Source: Anthoceros angustus (Eukaryota > Plantae > Anthocerotophyta). From it: a stretch of 64,000 nucleotides of DNA. The notes under the pieces were generated by a model. That model saw only the letters and a program-made list of their open reading frames with translations, was not told where the DNA came from and made no database searches. The stretch is from positions 62,001 through 126,000 of the forward strand of contig VJWM01000011.1 in assembly GCA_010909165.1 (NCBI GenBank), written 5' to 3'. The translations under genes and the position numbers were made by a program. Of the stretch, positions 34,736 through 49,399 are shown in pieces; position 1 is the first letter of the stretch, and every line of letters begins with the position of its first letter.

Positions 34736-36900
34736 TGGGAGGAAAATCCCGGGGCTTCCGAGATTCACCCTCTAGTGCCCACACTTATCCCACTGTCGCT
34801 CAGCACGTTGGGTTTCGTCCCATGAGACTTGTATGAACAGTCGAATCTTAGGAGGTCAATCATTGCCTACACCTACTCACACCCTCAACCTCCTCAACAA
34901 GCAAGGCACCCACTAATTTCCCCCTTACACCAGCTGCACCACCTGCACTGCTCCGAAAATTCACCAATTCTCGACCTACAACGACACAACACAATTGCAG
35001 GTCATGCCTTAGCAGCAAGGAGTCCGCCACGGGCACCCAAGGACTCTCTGACCCACACCGTGATTTCATCTATGCTGTTAAGACCAGCTCCTCCGACGAT
35101 GGGAGCGCCCTCTTGCCGCAGATTTGGGATTCGTCCCGTAGGCTCTGCCTTGGGCCTTCCACTTTTCCTACGCTCTAATCCTCTTCTCAACCTCCTCAAA
35201 ATCAACAACGCTCTCTTCCTTTCTACTCATCTAGTTCTTCTCCTTTCACAACATCTTACTCTAACACCTCTTGCTGGCTCATTAATTCCAACTTCACGGC
35301 ACAATCACTGGGTCCGGCTCCATGAATCAATGAGTTCTTCCTTGGGCCGGTTGCTATGTGGTTTGCACGTGACAATGAGAACCTCCGAAGTCTTCCGCAG
35401 CTCACCCTCAAGCCGAGAGTTCTTTGAGCATCGCCACATACTCAAAGTGTGGTAGGGAAAACCCCGGGGCTCCCGAGATCCTCCCACTATAGCGGCCACA
35501 CTTATCTCACTGTCGCTTCGTACGTTGGGTTTCGTCCCATGAGACTTGTGTGAAAGTTCGAGGCCTTGTGATGACCGATCGCCACTGAGACACAACTTCA
35601 GCCTTCTAAACAAGCAAGGCGCCTCTACTCTCCTCTTACACTGCACCACTTGCACCGCCCGAAAAATCACCAATCCTCGACCTACAACGACACAACACAA
35701 TTGTGCCCCGCCTTAGCAATGAGGAGCCTATCACGGCGCCTGTGGACCCCGATCCACACCGCGATTCGTCCCTACTTCTAAGACCACTCTTCTCCACCTG
35801 GGAGCGCTTTACTTGCAGATTTGGGATCTGGCCCTTAGGCTCGCCTGTGGCCTTCCACTAACACCTACACCTCTAATCCTCTACTCATCTCCTCATCCTC
35901 TTCCTCCTATTCTAACCTCGGCCATCGCTTCGACTGCCCCTTACGGACAACCGCCTGGGTCGGCCTCCACCAAAAGTTCTTCCTTGGGCCGGCTATGAGT
36001 TTGACACCACGAGAACCTCCGAGTCTTTCCCTCTACCCTCGTCGAGAGTTCTTTGAGCATCACATACTCAAAGTGTGGTAGGGAAAACCCCGGCTCCCGA
36101 GATCCTCCCACTATAGCGGCCACACTTATCCCACTGCCGCCAGACGCTGGGTTTCGTCCCTTGAGACTTGTGTGAAAGTTCGAGGCCTTGTGATGACCGA
36201 TCGCTACTGGAGACACACTTCTCGACCTTCTAAACAAGCAAGGCGCCTCTACTCTCCCTCTCACAGTGCACCGCCTTTTGAAAATCACCAATCCTCGACC
36301 TACAGCGACACAACACAATTGCGAGGCCGCCTTGGCGAGGAGCCTATCACGGGCGCCGGGGACCCCAGTCCACACCGCGATTTCGTCCCTACTTCTAAGA
36401 CCACTCTTCTCCACTCGGGGCGCTCTTTTACTTGATTTGGGATTCGTCCCTTAGGCTCTGTGGCCTAACACCTACACCTCTAATCCTCTTCCTCCTCCTC
36501 CTCCTCTTCCTCCTATTCTAACCTCGATTCGGGCTTCTTGGTTTCGCCCTTACAGCTGGCACAGGGGTCGGCCTCCACCGACAAGTTCTTCCTTGGGCGG
36601 TTGCTATGAGTTTGACACGGCAGTGAGAACCTCCGAGTCTTTCCTGTAGTCTACCCTCAAGCCGAGTTCACAGGCATTGCCACACACCCAAAGCAAAGCA
36701 ATTTCACAAAGAACCATTCACAAGGGGAGCAACTCGTTTAGGCACTTGCAGCGAGCAAGTCCTCCACCAAGCACTCCGACCACCGCGACTTCCTCTCTAC
36801 CAGACGCTGCGTTGGAAGGACTCGGTGAGTGTGGAAGCGCAAGACGTGATACTTTACTTTGGGAAATCCTCCTCCTCTTATAGGAGGCCTTCCACATACA
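34736..36900 (-). repeat. 3' LTR of the non-chromovirus Gypsy, with about 3 tandem copies of a 620-700-bp unit
   Basis: GGGAAAACCCCGG(GG)CTCCCGAGATCCTCCCAC recurs at about 34740, 35455 and 36080; TATAAG near 36880 on the minus strand. Confidence 0.65.
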
Positions 36901-37099
36901 ACCTCCCTTAGGTGCCCCTACTGCAGGTCACCTTTTCCAATTTTCTATTATTTCCTACCGCCAGCATTTAATACCTAGCATCTAAGGCTATTGTCTGATC
37001 CTTGGTAAATTCTATTCTAGTAACTTCACCTAAGATCATCCTTAAAGGATGTCACATCACCTATCCTTCTATTCTTCTATCTAGCATTTATGGTCTTTG

Positions 37100-40000
37100 A
37101 CCATTCTAGTCTTCACCTGGGTGTGACGGTCCTGTGTGGATTGGCTCCCTCGCCTCCTTTTGCTCTTGCCCTTCCTCCTCTTGTCATCTTCCTAATGTGT
37201 GGGGCACAATCTGCCCTTCCTCCTCTCCTGGGCGCCTGCCTCCTCCTCCAGAATCGCGCCCCCTCCGCTAGGCGCCTTTTCCAGCCTCCGCCTCCTCCTT
37301 GCTTCCTCACCACCGCGTAGTCCGACATCGGTAGGCCGACTACCTACCATGGTAGTCCCCTTTTTTTCCTTCTTCTCCATCAGCTTCGGTGGAATCTTCC
37401 ATTGCTCTTTCCGCTTGATTTGTCCATACCTATCATGGAGCATCTCAAAGATTCTTCTCCCCAATTGTCACCATTTCCACTAATCTCCGGCCCTTCCTCC
37501 TCTCCGCCGGCCCTCGGGGGTGAGGGAACTTCACCCTCCTTCTCTGACGGTCGGATCCGTCCCCTGTCTCCTCCGTGGGTTGTCTCCCACCTCCTCCACG
37601 CAGGGGTGTGTCACTGCCCCGGCTCCTTCATCATCATGAGGACCCAATGTCCTCCTCCTCCTCCCTTGCTTCCTCACCCTAGTCCGCATCACCCACAGAG
37701 GTGTGCCCACCACGGTAGTCCCAGACTACCGGTAGGTGGTCACCACCGTGGTAGGGTGACCGTGAGGGTGGGCTGTCCTCCTCCTCCTTGCTCTTGCCCT
37801 TCCTCCTTGGCCACGCCCTCCTCCTCCTCCGACTATTCCTGAGTCCATGTCACTTGTAGCCTCATCAAAATCGAGGCCCCCTGCACTTGCTGCCTCCTTC
37901 ATCATCATGAGGACCCAATGTCCTCCTCTTGGCCAAACGCAAGACTTCATTGTTGGCCTTCAAAATCCTATTGTGGAGGTGAGCCCCAAGCTATGATATT
38001 GCATTTGGAGATCATCAATCTCCGTGGCCACTCTCCATCCTCACACCTACCTTGTAGGCATCCTTGAGGTGGTCAATTCTCCCACCTTGACATGGAGGTC
38101 ACATTCTCCTCCCTTGCTTCCTCACTGGCTAATTTCCTCAAGGGCATAGTCCCAAAATCGCTTCCTCACCACCAAGATCCACCACCTTCTCCTTCCTCCT
38201 CTGGAACCTCCTCTCCAGCCTTTGCGGCAAGCCTTCCCTTCTCCCTTCTCGCTCCAGCTCTGCACTTGCCGATCTTGAGCCTCAGCTCCGCTTCCTCCAA
38301 ATTGTCCCCTCAATTCCTCTTCCATGTCCGGATCTTGATGGCTTGGGTAGCCATCACTGCTCGCGGCCCATTTGTTGGACGCCACCTTCTCCTTCCTAGA
38401 GCCTCTGTTTTGCCCTTTCTCTGCTCTTGCTCAAAAAATGCTCCATCTCCACGAATCCCGTTGGGTTGTTGCCGAATGGCTCTCTCTTGATGCGACAACC
38501 TTCCCTCTAGGACCTTCTCCGCTCTCCGCTGTCCAGGTCCTTGGAGCTTCTCCAGCCTTCTCCAACTTGGCTTTTTCGCTCGGACTCCATGGCCTCCAAT
38601 TGCCATTTAGTCCCCGCTTCTCCCGCCATGTCTTGGGCTTTCACTTCCTCTTGGCATGCCCACAAGGAGGCTGCTAGCTCCTAGCCCCTTCAAAATCCAC
38701 ACAAGAGAAGAATTCTCCTAGGCCCTAATTCTCCCCTTGCTGGAAATTTCCAGCTCTCTGACCACATCACGGCGCGGGTCCCCTCACCCGCCTCCATCCG
38801 CCTTCCTCCAAGCGGTAGATGGTGCGCCCGGCGCTCGCTGTTTCTCTTCCCTTCCCTACCGCCAGGCTGCACCACGGGTGCTGCCTACCGGTAGGTGCTC
38901 CCCTACTGCGTAGTCCGCCTACCTACCGTGGTAGTCCGCCTACCACGGTAGTCCGCCCACCCTGGTACCGCCTCACCGGTAGGCTGGGTGCCTCCCTAGG
39001 CACAAATGAGATGGTGGGGACTCCCCACCCTTGGGTCACCCCTCCTGGTAGTCCTCCTCTCATAGACTACCATTCGGCCTTCCTCGGCCGCTCCTCTCCC
39101 TTGCTCTGTGGGGAAAGATTCCCACTCCGGCAACCTTGTTGCCTCTACATCCTCCCTTGCTCCTAGCATGCTTGTGGAGGTCCGACCTCCCACTCTTCCT
39201 CAATGCAAAAGGCAAGGCCTTTCCAAGCTTGGCTGGAGATGGATTATCTCAAGGATGCCAAGCATCTTCCAACTCCTTGCTTGTGAGAAGTCCCTCCGCT
39301 TTCCCACAAATGCACCAAATAGGTGCTAAGGTAGCAAGGCCTGGCCCTTCCTCATCCACGAATTTGGCTTGAGGAGCTTCTCCGGTGGTGGATGTAGGCC
39401 TCATACATGATGGTGCCCCAATGCTTGGCTCCTCTGAAATCTTCCACAAAATTGAGGAAGTTGGTGCTGAAAAGAAGTCCTTGGTAATTTACCAACCCCA
39501 ACACAATCTTTGCAAAGAGCCTCCACTTGACTCCTTGATGCTCTCGCTTTCCAGCCATTCTTGGCATGGGCCTTCACTCCTCCGTCCATCATGTCGAGGA
39601 GCTCTGGAATTTCGGAGAGGGCCGTCCTCTTCCTCCATTCGTCCTCTCGAGGAGAGCACCGAGCTCCTCCTCCCTTGCTCTGTGGGGAAAAGCTTCCCAC
39701 TCAACCTTGTTGCCTCTACATCCTCCCTTGCTCTAGCATGCTTGTGGAGGTCGACCTCCAGTCTTCCTCAATGCAAAAGGCAAGGGCCTTTCCAAGCTTG
39801 GCTGGAGATGGATTATCTCCGAAGGATGCCAAGCATCTTCCAACTCCTTGCTTGTGAGAAGTCCCTCCGTTTCCCACAAATGCACCAAATAGGTGCTAAG
39901 GTAGCAGGGCCTTGGCCCTTCCTCATCCACCGAATTTGGCTTGAGGAGCTTCTCCCGGTGGTGGATGTAGGCCTCATACATGATGGTGCCCCAATCTGGC

Positions 40001-40760
40001 TTGGCTCCTCTGAAATCTTCCACAAAATTGGAGGAAGTTGGTCTTTGAAATAGAAGTCCTTTGGTAATTTACCAACCCCACAATCTTTGCAAAGAGCCTC
40101 CACTTGACTCCTTGATGCTCTCTTTCCAGCCATTCTTGGCATGGGCCTTCCTCCTCCGTCCATCATGTCGAGGAGCTCTGCGGAATTTCGGAGAGGGCCG
40201 TCCTCTTCCTCCATTCGTCCTCGAGGAGAGCAATTCGAGCTCTCCTCCTCGGTCTCCCATACACTGCCGAATGCTCCTTACGGTCCGGCGAGGATCCGTT
40301 CGAGCATTCCTTCCTAATGGCGAGGGTTGCCTCTGATTGATGGAGATTGATGAAGCACTCCTCAATCAACTCCAAATTGGTGTAGGCCCATTGGCGGCCA
40401 TACACCCATCCCAATTGGATGTTATCCTCCTCGCCCATTGCAAATCCAAATCATGAGAGTTGCCAAAAGCAAGTGAATTGGGGCATCTCGACTTCACCCC
40501 CTCCTGGCGGCGCAGCCTCCGCCGCCTTCTTTCCTTTTCTCCTCGCGAGGAGGAACCTCATGTGCTCCTTCCCTTGCCTTTTCTCGAGGCATTATCCAAA
40601 TTGGCAACTGAGGCTTGCTCTCAAACGCTCCTTCTCCTCGAGTCCGCCAACAAACCCCTCCCGAGGCACAATTCCCAATGCTAGGCTTGGTGACGCCCTA
40701 CATCACGCCAATTTTCCTTGCGATTTCTCTTTCGAGGCAAGGCGCCGCCGATAGGTGGTC
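37100..40760 (-). CDS. Accessory ORF at the env-like position of the non-chromovirus Gypsy (continues at about 62113-62550; frameshifted)
   Basis: Same strand as integrase, between INT and 3' LTR; fragments DWGTIMYEAYIHH..PCYLSTYLVHLW; acidic and basic tracts. Confidence 0.45.
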
Positions 40761-40761
40761 G

Positions 40762-41142
40762 TGTCTCAAACGAGCGCCTACCAAAGACGGAACGGGTTAC
40801 TTCACCACATAGCTTAAGTGGTAAGATCCGCCTAGAAGGTACCTATTTTATCAATATAAATATCGCTATTTAGAGATACTAATTATAAGATAATAATTAT
40901 TAAATAGAAAATAGCTGATAAATAGGATCATTGTCTCAGAATATAATAACGATTAAACCAACTAGAAAAACCCCAACTAACACGGTACCAACAAACCCCA
41001 ACGCCTAACCTATGAAACCAAGAACAAGTAGGTAGTTCTAGAGCGATCAGACACGGTCTTCTTGGCGTGACCAAAAGCGCCTACATAATGTACAAGAACA
41101 AGTAAAGATCCCAATTTCCGAAAGCCTCTCTCCGCGGTAGCA
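40762..41142 (+). repeat. Chromovirus 5' LTR (duplicate copy about 41702-42082)
   Basis: TG..CA termini, AT-rich core matching 61750-62112. Confidence 0.88.
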
Positions 41143-41145
41143 TCT

Positions 41146-41158
41146 TGGTATCAGAGCC
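41146..41158 (+). promoter_or_regulatory. Primer-binding site complementary to initiator tRNA-Met
   Basis: TGGTATCAGAGCC, 3 nt after the LTR end. Confidence 0.92.
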
Positions 41159-42817
41159 TACTGTCCATCATCTGGGATCAAGGATCTTAGATCGGGCAGA
41201 TCAACGGGCTAGGCTAAATCGCGCATAGAGACATGTGTGGCAGAGAATCCATTTGACACACATGAGCAACGGAAAGGACCAAACAAGGGAAAGATTCTAG
41301 AATTGAGGTCATCAAAGCCTACAATCATTCCATTCAAGCTGGTGAACTCGAGTACAATCTTCAGCACCTTGTTGACCCGCGTTGCTGGGCGTAGTTGAAG
41401 GTACCTGCAGCTGTGTGTGGTGAGAGAAATCCACACAAGATGGCAAGAACTCCAAGGGAGTGATTACCGAATCATTACGTAATCCAAGAAGCAAAATGAG
41501 TGATCATGTCCGACCTTTTGAGGTGGATCGCATGATCTCTAGTGGAAGCGATGAGGATCACCCCTTGAAGGGATTGGGGACCGGGTCCGTCACGGCGCGC
41601 CAACAAACCCCTCCCGAGGCACAATTCCCACGTTAGGCTTGGTGACGCCCTACACCGCCAATTTTCCTTGCGATTTCTTTCTGTCAAGGCCATAGGTGGT
41701 CGGTCTCAAACGAGCGCCTACCAAAGACGGAACGGGTTACTCTACCATAGCCGGACGTAAGTGGTAAGATCCGCCTAGAAGGTACCTATTTTATCAATAT
41801 AAATACACGCTATTTAGAGATACTAATTATAAGATAATAATTATTAAATAGAAAATAGCTGATAAATAGGATCATTGTCTAAATATAACGATTAAACCAA
41901 CTAGAAAAACCCCAACTAACACGGTACCAACAAACCCCAACGTCTAACCTATGAAACCAAGAACAAGTAGGTAGTTCTAGAGCGACTCGGTCTTCTTGGC
42001 GTGACCAAAAGCTCCTACATAATGTACAAGAACAAGTAAAGATCGGCCCAATTTCCGAAAGCCTCTCTCCGCGGTAGCATCTTGGTATCGAGCCTCATCC
42101 ATCATCCGGGATCAAGGATCTTAGATCGGGCGATCAACGGGCTAGGCTAAATCGCATAGAGACATGTGGCAGAGAATCCTTTGACACACATGAGCAACGG
42201 AAAGGACCAAACAAGGGAAAAGATTCTAGAATTTGAGGTCATCAAAGCTGCAATCATTCCATTCGTGGTGAACTCGAGTACAATCTTCAAGACACCTTGT
42301 TGACCCGCGCTGTAGTTGAAGGTACTGCACCGTGTGTGGTGAGAGAAATCCACACAAGACAAGGCAAGAACTCCAAGGGAGTGATTACCAATCATTACGT
42401 AATCCAAGAAGCAAAATGAGTGATCATGTCCGACCTTTTGAGGTGGATCGCATGATCTCTAGTGGAAGCGATGAGGATCACCCCTTGAAGGGATTGGGGA
42501 CCGGGTCCGCCGGCGCCAAAAGCCAACAATTCCGAGGGCGGGCGACTCACCGACATCCATGCGTTGGGAAAAGAGCCCGTGGAGACGGAAGAGGCGAGAA
42601 AAGGCGGCGTCATGAACTCTTGAGGAGGCTTCACATCCAGCTAGGAGCGGAAGCCCAACAAGAGGACTTTGCAACCGAATTTCCAGCAAGGCCGAGCTCG
42701 CGGTTGCACCGATTACAACTCGAACCCGGTGCTATGGCGTGGCGACCCGTAAACGGGTGGGACCAGCCACAATAACTCGACAACTGCAAACACCAAGCTC
42801 AAGATCACCAAGGAGAG

Positions 42818-45800
42818 TTGACCGAGGTTGCGATTTTGCAGCTTTTGGAAGGGGGAACCCAAGTGGTTGAACACACCTGTGAGGAGTTGCGGGCATCATT
42901 CTCGTGCCAAGGCCAGCAGCTGGAGAAGGTTGAGGAATCCATTGGCAAGCTTGAGATGCAAGTGGGGGAGGGCCAGGCCCATTTGGAGAGGCGGCTGGCG
43001 GGTGTGCTCCAGGCGCTGGAGCAGCCATCACCCCCAGGCGCTCGTCCATCCCCACCACGCCAAGAAACTTCCAGGCCCACCCAAGTTGCTGATAGCACAC
43101 AACACTCAACACCCCTTGCCACATTGAGGCCTTTGACTCACGAATCTGATGGAAGGAGAAGGGAGAGACACTCACCAACCAATCCAAGCGACCGTGAGTT
43201 GAGTGTTGAAGATGAGGAGCTGAGGAAACTTGTTGTGGAGCTCCAACCTGGCGAGAAGGACAACAAAGAAATTCAGGCCATGGTGCGACGTCTGCAGCTC
43301 ATGAGGTATGAGCACTGGGAACACCGAGGGAGGTCGAGTGGAGAGGAGCAAGGAAGAGAAGAACATCACTTCAAACCCAAACCCCAACTCGACAAGGAGC
43401 TACAACGCAAGATCAAGATCGGCGGAAGGAGAGTTGACCGAGGTTGCGATTTTGCTTTGGAAGGAGAACCCAAGTGGTTGAACACACAGCGAGGAGTTGC
43501 GGGCATCATTCTCGTGCCAAGGCCAGCTGGAGAAGGTTGAGGAATCCATTGGCAAGCTTGAGATGCAAGTGGGGAGGGCCAGCCCGTTTGGGCGGTGGCG
43601 GGTGTGCTCCAGGGGGCAACCATCACCCCTAGCTCATCCCCACCACGCCAAGAAACTTCCGGGCCCACCCAAGTTGCTGATGGCACACAACACTCAACAC
43701 CCCTTGCCACATTGAGGCCTTTGACTCACGAATCGAAGGAGAAGGAGAGACACTCACCAACCAATCCAAGCGACCGTGAGTTGAGTGTTGAAGATGGGGA
43801 GCGAGGAAACTTGTTGTGGAGCTCCAACTGGCGAGAAGGACAACAAAGAAATTCGGCCATGGTGCGGCGTCTGCAGCTCATGAGGTATGAGCACGGGAAC
43901 ACCGAGGGAGGTCGAGTGGAGAGGAGCAAGGAAGAGAAGAACATCACTTCAAACCCAAACCCCAACTCGACAAGGAGCTACAACGCAAGATCAAGGCATG
44001 CCATTTGATGGAAGTACAAAGGATGCTCAAAGCGCATATGATTGGTTAGACAAACTTGACAAATACCTTGCCGCTCGACAAGGATGATCACAAAGATCAA
44101 TTTCTGATGTGTTTGGAAGGGTATGCCTATCGATGGTGGCGAGAGGAAAAGCAGTTGATCCGGGCATGGAGTCCCCAATTTACTCCCGCCGCCTTCCACA
44201 AGTTTTCCTTGAGCACTTCTCCCGGAACCACCGTAAAGACTTGTATCGACAATTCGTGAAGATATACCAACAAGGGACATGCGAATCTTGTGACAAATTC
44301 CTTCAACTCACACTTGATATGCCCAGTGGGCGAGGAGCGGAAGGTGGAAAAATTTATCGATGGGTCAAGTTTGAGTTAAGAGCATGTGAATCGACAAACC
44401 CGGAAACTCGTGGAGGCGATGAAGGCCGCCATGAACTATGGCACAAACAAATACAAGCATCTCTTCTGCAGCACCTTCCAAGCCTAAGTGGAACAAGTCA
44501 CCAACGCCGGAGAAAAACCGGCGTTCAAAATTCTCACCGAGGCGAGCGGAGGAGTACAAGAAGGCAAGAAAGTGCTTCACCATACGATCGATCACGGCTC
44601 CAAGTCCTGTCCCTTCCGTAAGGACTTCATTAGTGTTGAAGGAAACAGGCAAGTCTACTGAATAGCAACTCTGCGACCCCAAGAGTGGGAAGGCAATCTC
44701 CATCACAGAGGTTAGAGAACTGTAGAAATGCTATTTCCAGCCATGCATGCAAGTTGTGTTCAGTGCATGTCAACTTGCTCATGTCCCAACTCAAGTTAGA
44801 GATCGGCCTATCGAGTCCGCGCCATGTGGTTGCTTGACTGGGCTAGCCACCATTATGTGTCCAAGGCAACCTGCGAGAGAGCCCGCCAATCCAGAAACCA
44901 CGTTTCCAGCAGGACGCCCCTAGGTGAAAAGAAACCAAGAAGAACAAAGGTGGAGGCCGAGCTTACCTTTCCGGTGGCTTCAAGGAGGTCCTCAAGTTGA
45001 TGCGTGATGTCATCTCTTTGCCATGATCCGATCATAGGCAAGCCATGGTTAGCAAGTCATTCTAGCATGCTAGAAGTCAATCGAGACAATGTTATGCCTC
45101 CGCATGACAATCACACATATGTCATGCAAGGAGAGCAATACATCCCTGACAAGCAACTGTTCGCTGTCTCTGCTCTCAATAAAGCAACTGCCCATGGCAG
45201 ATTCCTGTATATAGCAAAGCTGAAAAAAGTACTGCCCTTAGAAGGCACCCCAGAATCTAGGGCAGCAGAGACACAAGCTCATGAGGACCGGCTACCACGG
45301 TCCATGAAGGATTTACTCGCAGAATACAAGGACGTGTTTGCAGAGCCCACAGAGCTGCCTCCTAGAAGACATGTGGACCACTCCATCGAGCTCCCCGCCA
45401 GCTGTTTGCTAACATCCAGCCCCTGTGACATCCGCCGAATGAAGAGATAAAAACAAGTTGATGAGTTCTTGCAAAAGGGGTTTGTCACACCTTCGTGTCA
45501 CCCTTTGGAGCTCCAGTTCTCTTGGTTGCTGGCCGATGGAGGGTGGCGACTCTGGATCGACTACCGGGGTCTCAACCGAGCAACAGTCCGCAATGTCTAC
45601 CAGATGCCCAGGATAGATGAAATCCTGAACCAGCTGCATGGGGCTAGGTGTTCACCAAGATAGATCTCAGGTCTGGTTTCCATCAGATCCGGATCAAAGA
45701 AGGAGATGAACACAAAACAGCTTTTCGTACTGTGCATGGGCATTTGAATTCAAGGTGATGCCCTTCGGCCATAAACGCCGCCACCTTCCAATGTCTCATG

Positions 45801-48337
45801 CAAGAAATCTTACGACCCTTTGGGACATGGAGTTGAGGTATTTCTAGACGATATCCTTGTGTACACACTGATTCAAGAACACACCACCACCGGTTAGGAC
45901 GGTGCTTGACTGCTGCGGGCTAACAAGTTGTCGCCAAGAGAAGTAAGTGTGTGTTCATGAGAGAAGAGTGTGAATACCTTGGTCATATTATCGTCACTGG
46001 TATTCAAGTGGACTCCGCAAGGTGAAGGCGGTCATGGATCGCCATTACCCCAAGACATCGCCCAACTCCGGGGATTTTTGGGTATGGCTGGTTTCTATCG
46101 GCGTTTCATTAAGGGTTTCAGCAATATTGTTGTCCCCTTGACAGATGCCCTTAGGAATTCAGTAAGCAAGTCCTTACAACTAGGGCCAGCAGCAGTTGCA
46201 GCTTTTGAGCAGTTGAAGCAAGCTCTTAGCTCAGCCCCAGTGCTTGCAGTGGCGGAGTCCCCCCATGCACCCTATACAATCCACACTGATGCGTCGGATT
46301 TCGCTATGGGAGCAGTCCTGTCACAGCATGGCAGAGCTATTGCATATGAGTCAAGGAAACTGCAGGGTGCATTAAACTATGCGCACGATAAGGAAATGCT
46401 TGCTATTACACATGCTCTCAAAGTCGGCGGCATTACTGTTAGGTCGAAAGTGGTGTGTCATCGATCACCATTCCTTGCAAAGATTTCTTCTCTCAGCCCA
46501 ACCTCAATGCCAGGCAACGCCGGTGGGCCGAGTATTTGGCTGACTTCAACCTGGAAATTCAGTATGTGTCTGGCCCTTCAAATGTAGTTGCTGACCTTGA
46601 GTAGGCGTGCTTGCACACTTATGACAACCCAGTCACAAACAGTCCAGTTAGTGCGGGATGGGATTCCCCATGACCCAGCGTTGCTACAGCTCTACAAGCA
46701 ATTACTAGCAGATGCTATGGCCGGAGTTCCCACAGCACTTACCCAGGAGTACTCCCTCAGGGATGCCTGTGTATACCGGAAGGGAAGATTGATCATCCCT
46801 TCACAGCTCACTGAGGTGAAACAGTCCATTTTGCATGATATGCATGATTCACCTATTTCCGGCCATCTGGGTATTGATAAAACTTATGCCAAAGTCCGGG
46901 AGCATTTTTATTGGGAAGGTATGCGTTCAGATTGTATAGAGTGGGTGCGCTCTTGTCACCCGCCAACAAGAAGCCAAGTCATGAGAAACAACTGTGTTTG
47001 CTCCTACCTCTACAAATCCCGATGGTCGCCTGTCGATTTCCATGGATTTTATAACACATTTGCCACGCACTGCCATTCGGAAAGGATAGCATCCGGTGGT
47101 GATGATAGGTTCTCCAAGGTCCGCCATTTTATTCCAAATACCTCACTATCACGCCTCCAAGTTAGGATATTTATTCGAGATCTTGCTACACGGGCCCCGA
47201 GGATATTGTGTCCGACCGAGATACCAAGTTCACATCCGGATTTTGGCGGGCCTTCATCGAAACCCCGGGATCAAAGCAACATGTCACAAGATATCACCCG
47301 TAATCCGACGGCAAACCGAGAAGCAAAACCAGTTTTAGAGGACATGCTCCCACTTCACACATGAAAAGCAAACAAGGTGGGAGGAACTCCTTCCGTGCTC
47401 GAGTATGCCTACACTTCAAACATGCCGCGGGGTTACACCATTCTGCCGCTCTATGGGGAGACTCCACCCCGGCTTATGGCCCAGCAATGAGAAGTGGCAG
47501 CAGCTGAAGTGGCGTAAGACATTTGGCATGAGGTGAAGTTGGCTAAGGAGAAATTGCAAGCCCAAGACCGAGCCCGCAAGTCGGCCAACAAACGACGCCG
47601 GAGGTCGGCTACAACATTGGACAGTGGTGTGGTTGCAGTGAAACCTCACAGTCAACTCATCCATAAGCGTGCCAAGTTGGCTTACAGATTTGCAGGGCCA
47701 TTCCGGGTGTCACGACGAGTCAACCCCGTCGCCTATCGCTTGACCCGCCGGCAATTGAAGCTCGCAGACATTCCATGTGTCCTTGCTGAAACCCGTCATT
47801 GGACGCCCAGCTAACCTGCAGCCCACACCCAGCCCATCACGCCTCGAGCTCGCTCACGGCCGTCGAGCTTATTCCATCCGCCCATATGCCATTAAGCCCT
47901 TTCCCGGTTGGTCACCACGGCTCACCCAAGACCAGACGTCCCCGATCCCACCAGTTTCACCATTCCTGCCAACCCCAGCACCGCCCAAGAATCACACCAG
48001 ATCACCCGCAACACGCCCACAACTCGATCCGCTTTTCCCTACCATGTTACACTGTGGCACCACACATGCGGGCGACGTCATTCAACCCGCCCGCTGCACG
48101 CGCCTCCGTCCTCACCGGTCCCTTTGATCCGACTCACCATGCCTGATGACCTACCGCCTGTCCCTCCCATGCTCCAAGCGTTTTGCACGACTCAACTGAC
48201 GACTCAAGGCCACCGATTTTTAGTGGCATGGAGTGGTGAACCGGATGCGGCCGCGACGTGGGAACCAGCAGGCACAATTTCCTCATTTATGCACAATGGC
48301 AACAGCCAGAGGACCAAAGCACCCTTAGTGGGGAGAA
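42818..48337 (+). CDS. Chromovirus gag-pol (frameshifted) with C-terminal chromodomain
   Basis: PFDGS..DWLDKL gag; [24 protein letters not shown]; [14 protein letters not shown] RNase H; [12 protein letters not shown]; [18 protein letters not shown] chromodomain at about 48215-48270. Confidence 0.88.
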
Positions 48338-48350
48338 TGAAACGAGCGCT

Positions 48351-49363
48351 TGTCATGTGAAAGAAATTGCATAGTCGCAGCATGCCTACCTAGCCTGCCT
48401 ACAAAGCTAAGTCACCAAACACCACTGTCATGATCTCCTTGGCCTTCGCCCAGAGCAACAATCCTAGTATAAATTGTCCTTGGCCTATGACCAAGGGCAA
48501 GGCTACAAAAGGGCCTCATTTAAGAGAGACAGCCTGTGGCCGCTGAACAGTGGAAATCAAGCTGGAAAATTCTCCCAACGACAATGCAACGAACCACAAG
48601 AACCTCTAGGAGACAAAGACACCTGGCGAGGGGCAGTATGGCATCTATTAGAACAAGACAAACATCAACAATCCAGAATCCATGGTGGTGCCTACATATA
48701 TAGGCAAAACCCCGAGTTCTCGATGAAGTGTCCACCATATCGATGGTGGGCACTTTATAATCCTACTTTCCTTGGCCTTGAAATAATAATATTTTATGTG
48801 TTTAACAGCCTATTCGTCCTTTTCCTTGATTTATGATTTTTATGTATTTTCTAATATAAATCACTATCTATATATCGTCAGCATGCCCGCATATCCATGC
48901 ATATAGATTGCATGCGCCATGACACATCACGCCACATGTCCACATCACATGTCATCCTTCATCTCCATACATGCATACATGGCACACATGCATACATGGC
49001 ATGTCATGTGCGGGCCATCCATGGGCCATGTACATGACATCATCAACTTCCGCATCGGGCTTATGCGAGATGCTCCGATCGATATCTAGTCATTTCGATT
49101 CGGGCTTATGCCGGGATGCTCTAGTCGATATCCGGTCATAGAGTCTTAGGTGCTCTGTTTCCCATACGAGACATGGCGGTACAGCAGCGCGGCGCATAGC
49201 GCATGCCTACCTAACTTCTACAAAGCTAAGTCACTAAACACCGCACTGCGATCTCCTTGGCCTTGGCCAGCAACAATCTAGCCATAAATTGTCCTTGGCC
49301 TATGACCAAGGGCAAGGCTACAAAAGGCTGGGTTTGCCTAAGAGAGCAGGCCGGGGCATGACA
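48351..49363 (-). repeat. Element 2 3' terminal block Y-X-Y
   Basis: Y 48351-48550, X 48551-49173 (matches 61111-61740), Y 49174-49363, followed by CCCC (G-run on the coding strand). Confidence 0.82.
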
Positions 49364-49399
49364 CCCCAGGAAACTTGGAGGCCTAGCCACGGTTTCCCA

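Noticed and set aside
48351-49363. Independent TRIM mini-element (Y-X-Y)
   Set aside because: No TSD of its own; X is the 5' LTR of the DNMT element, and the shared TSD lies at 61746.
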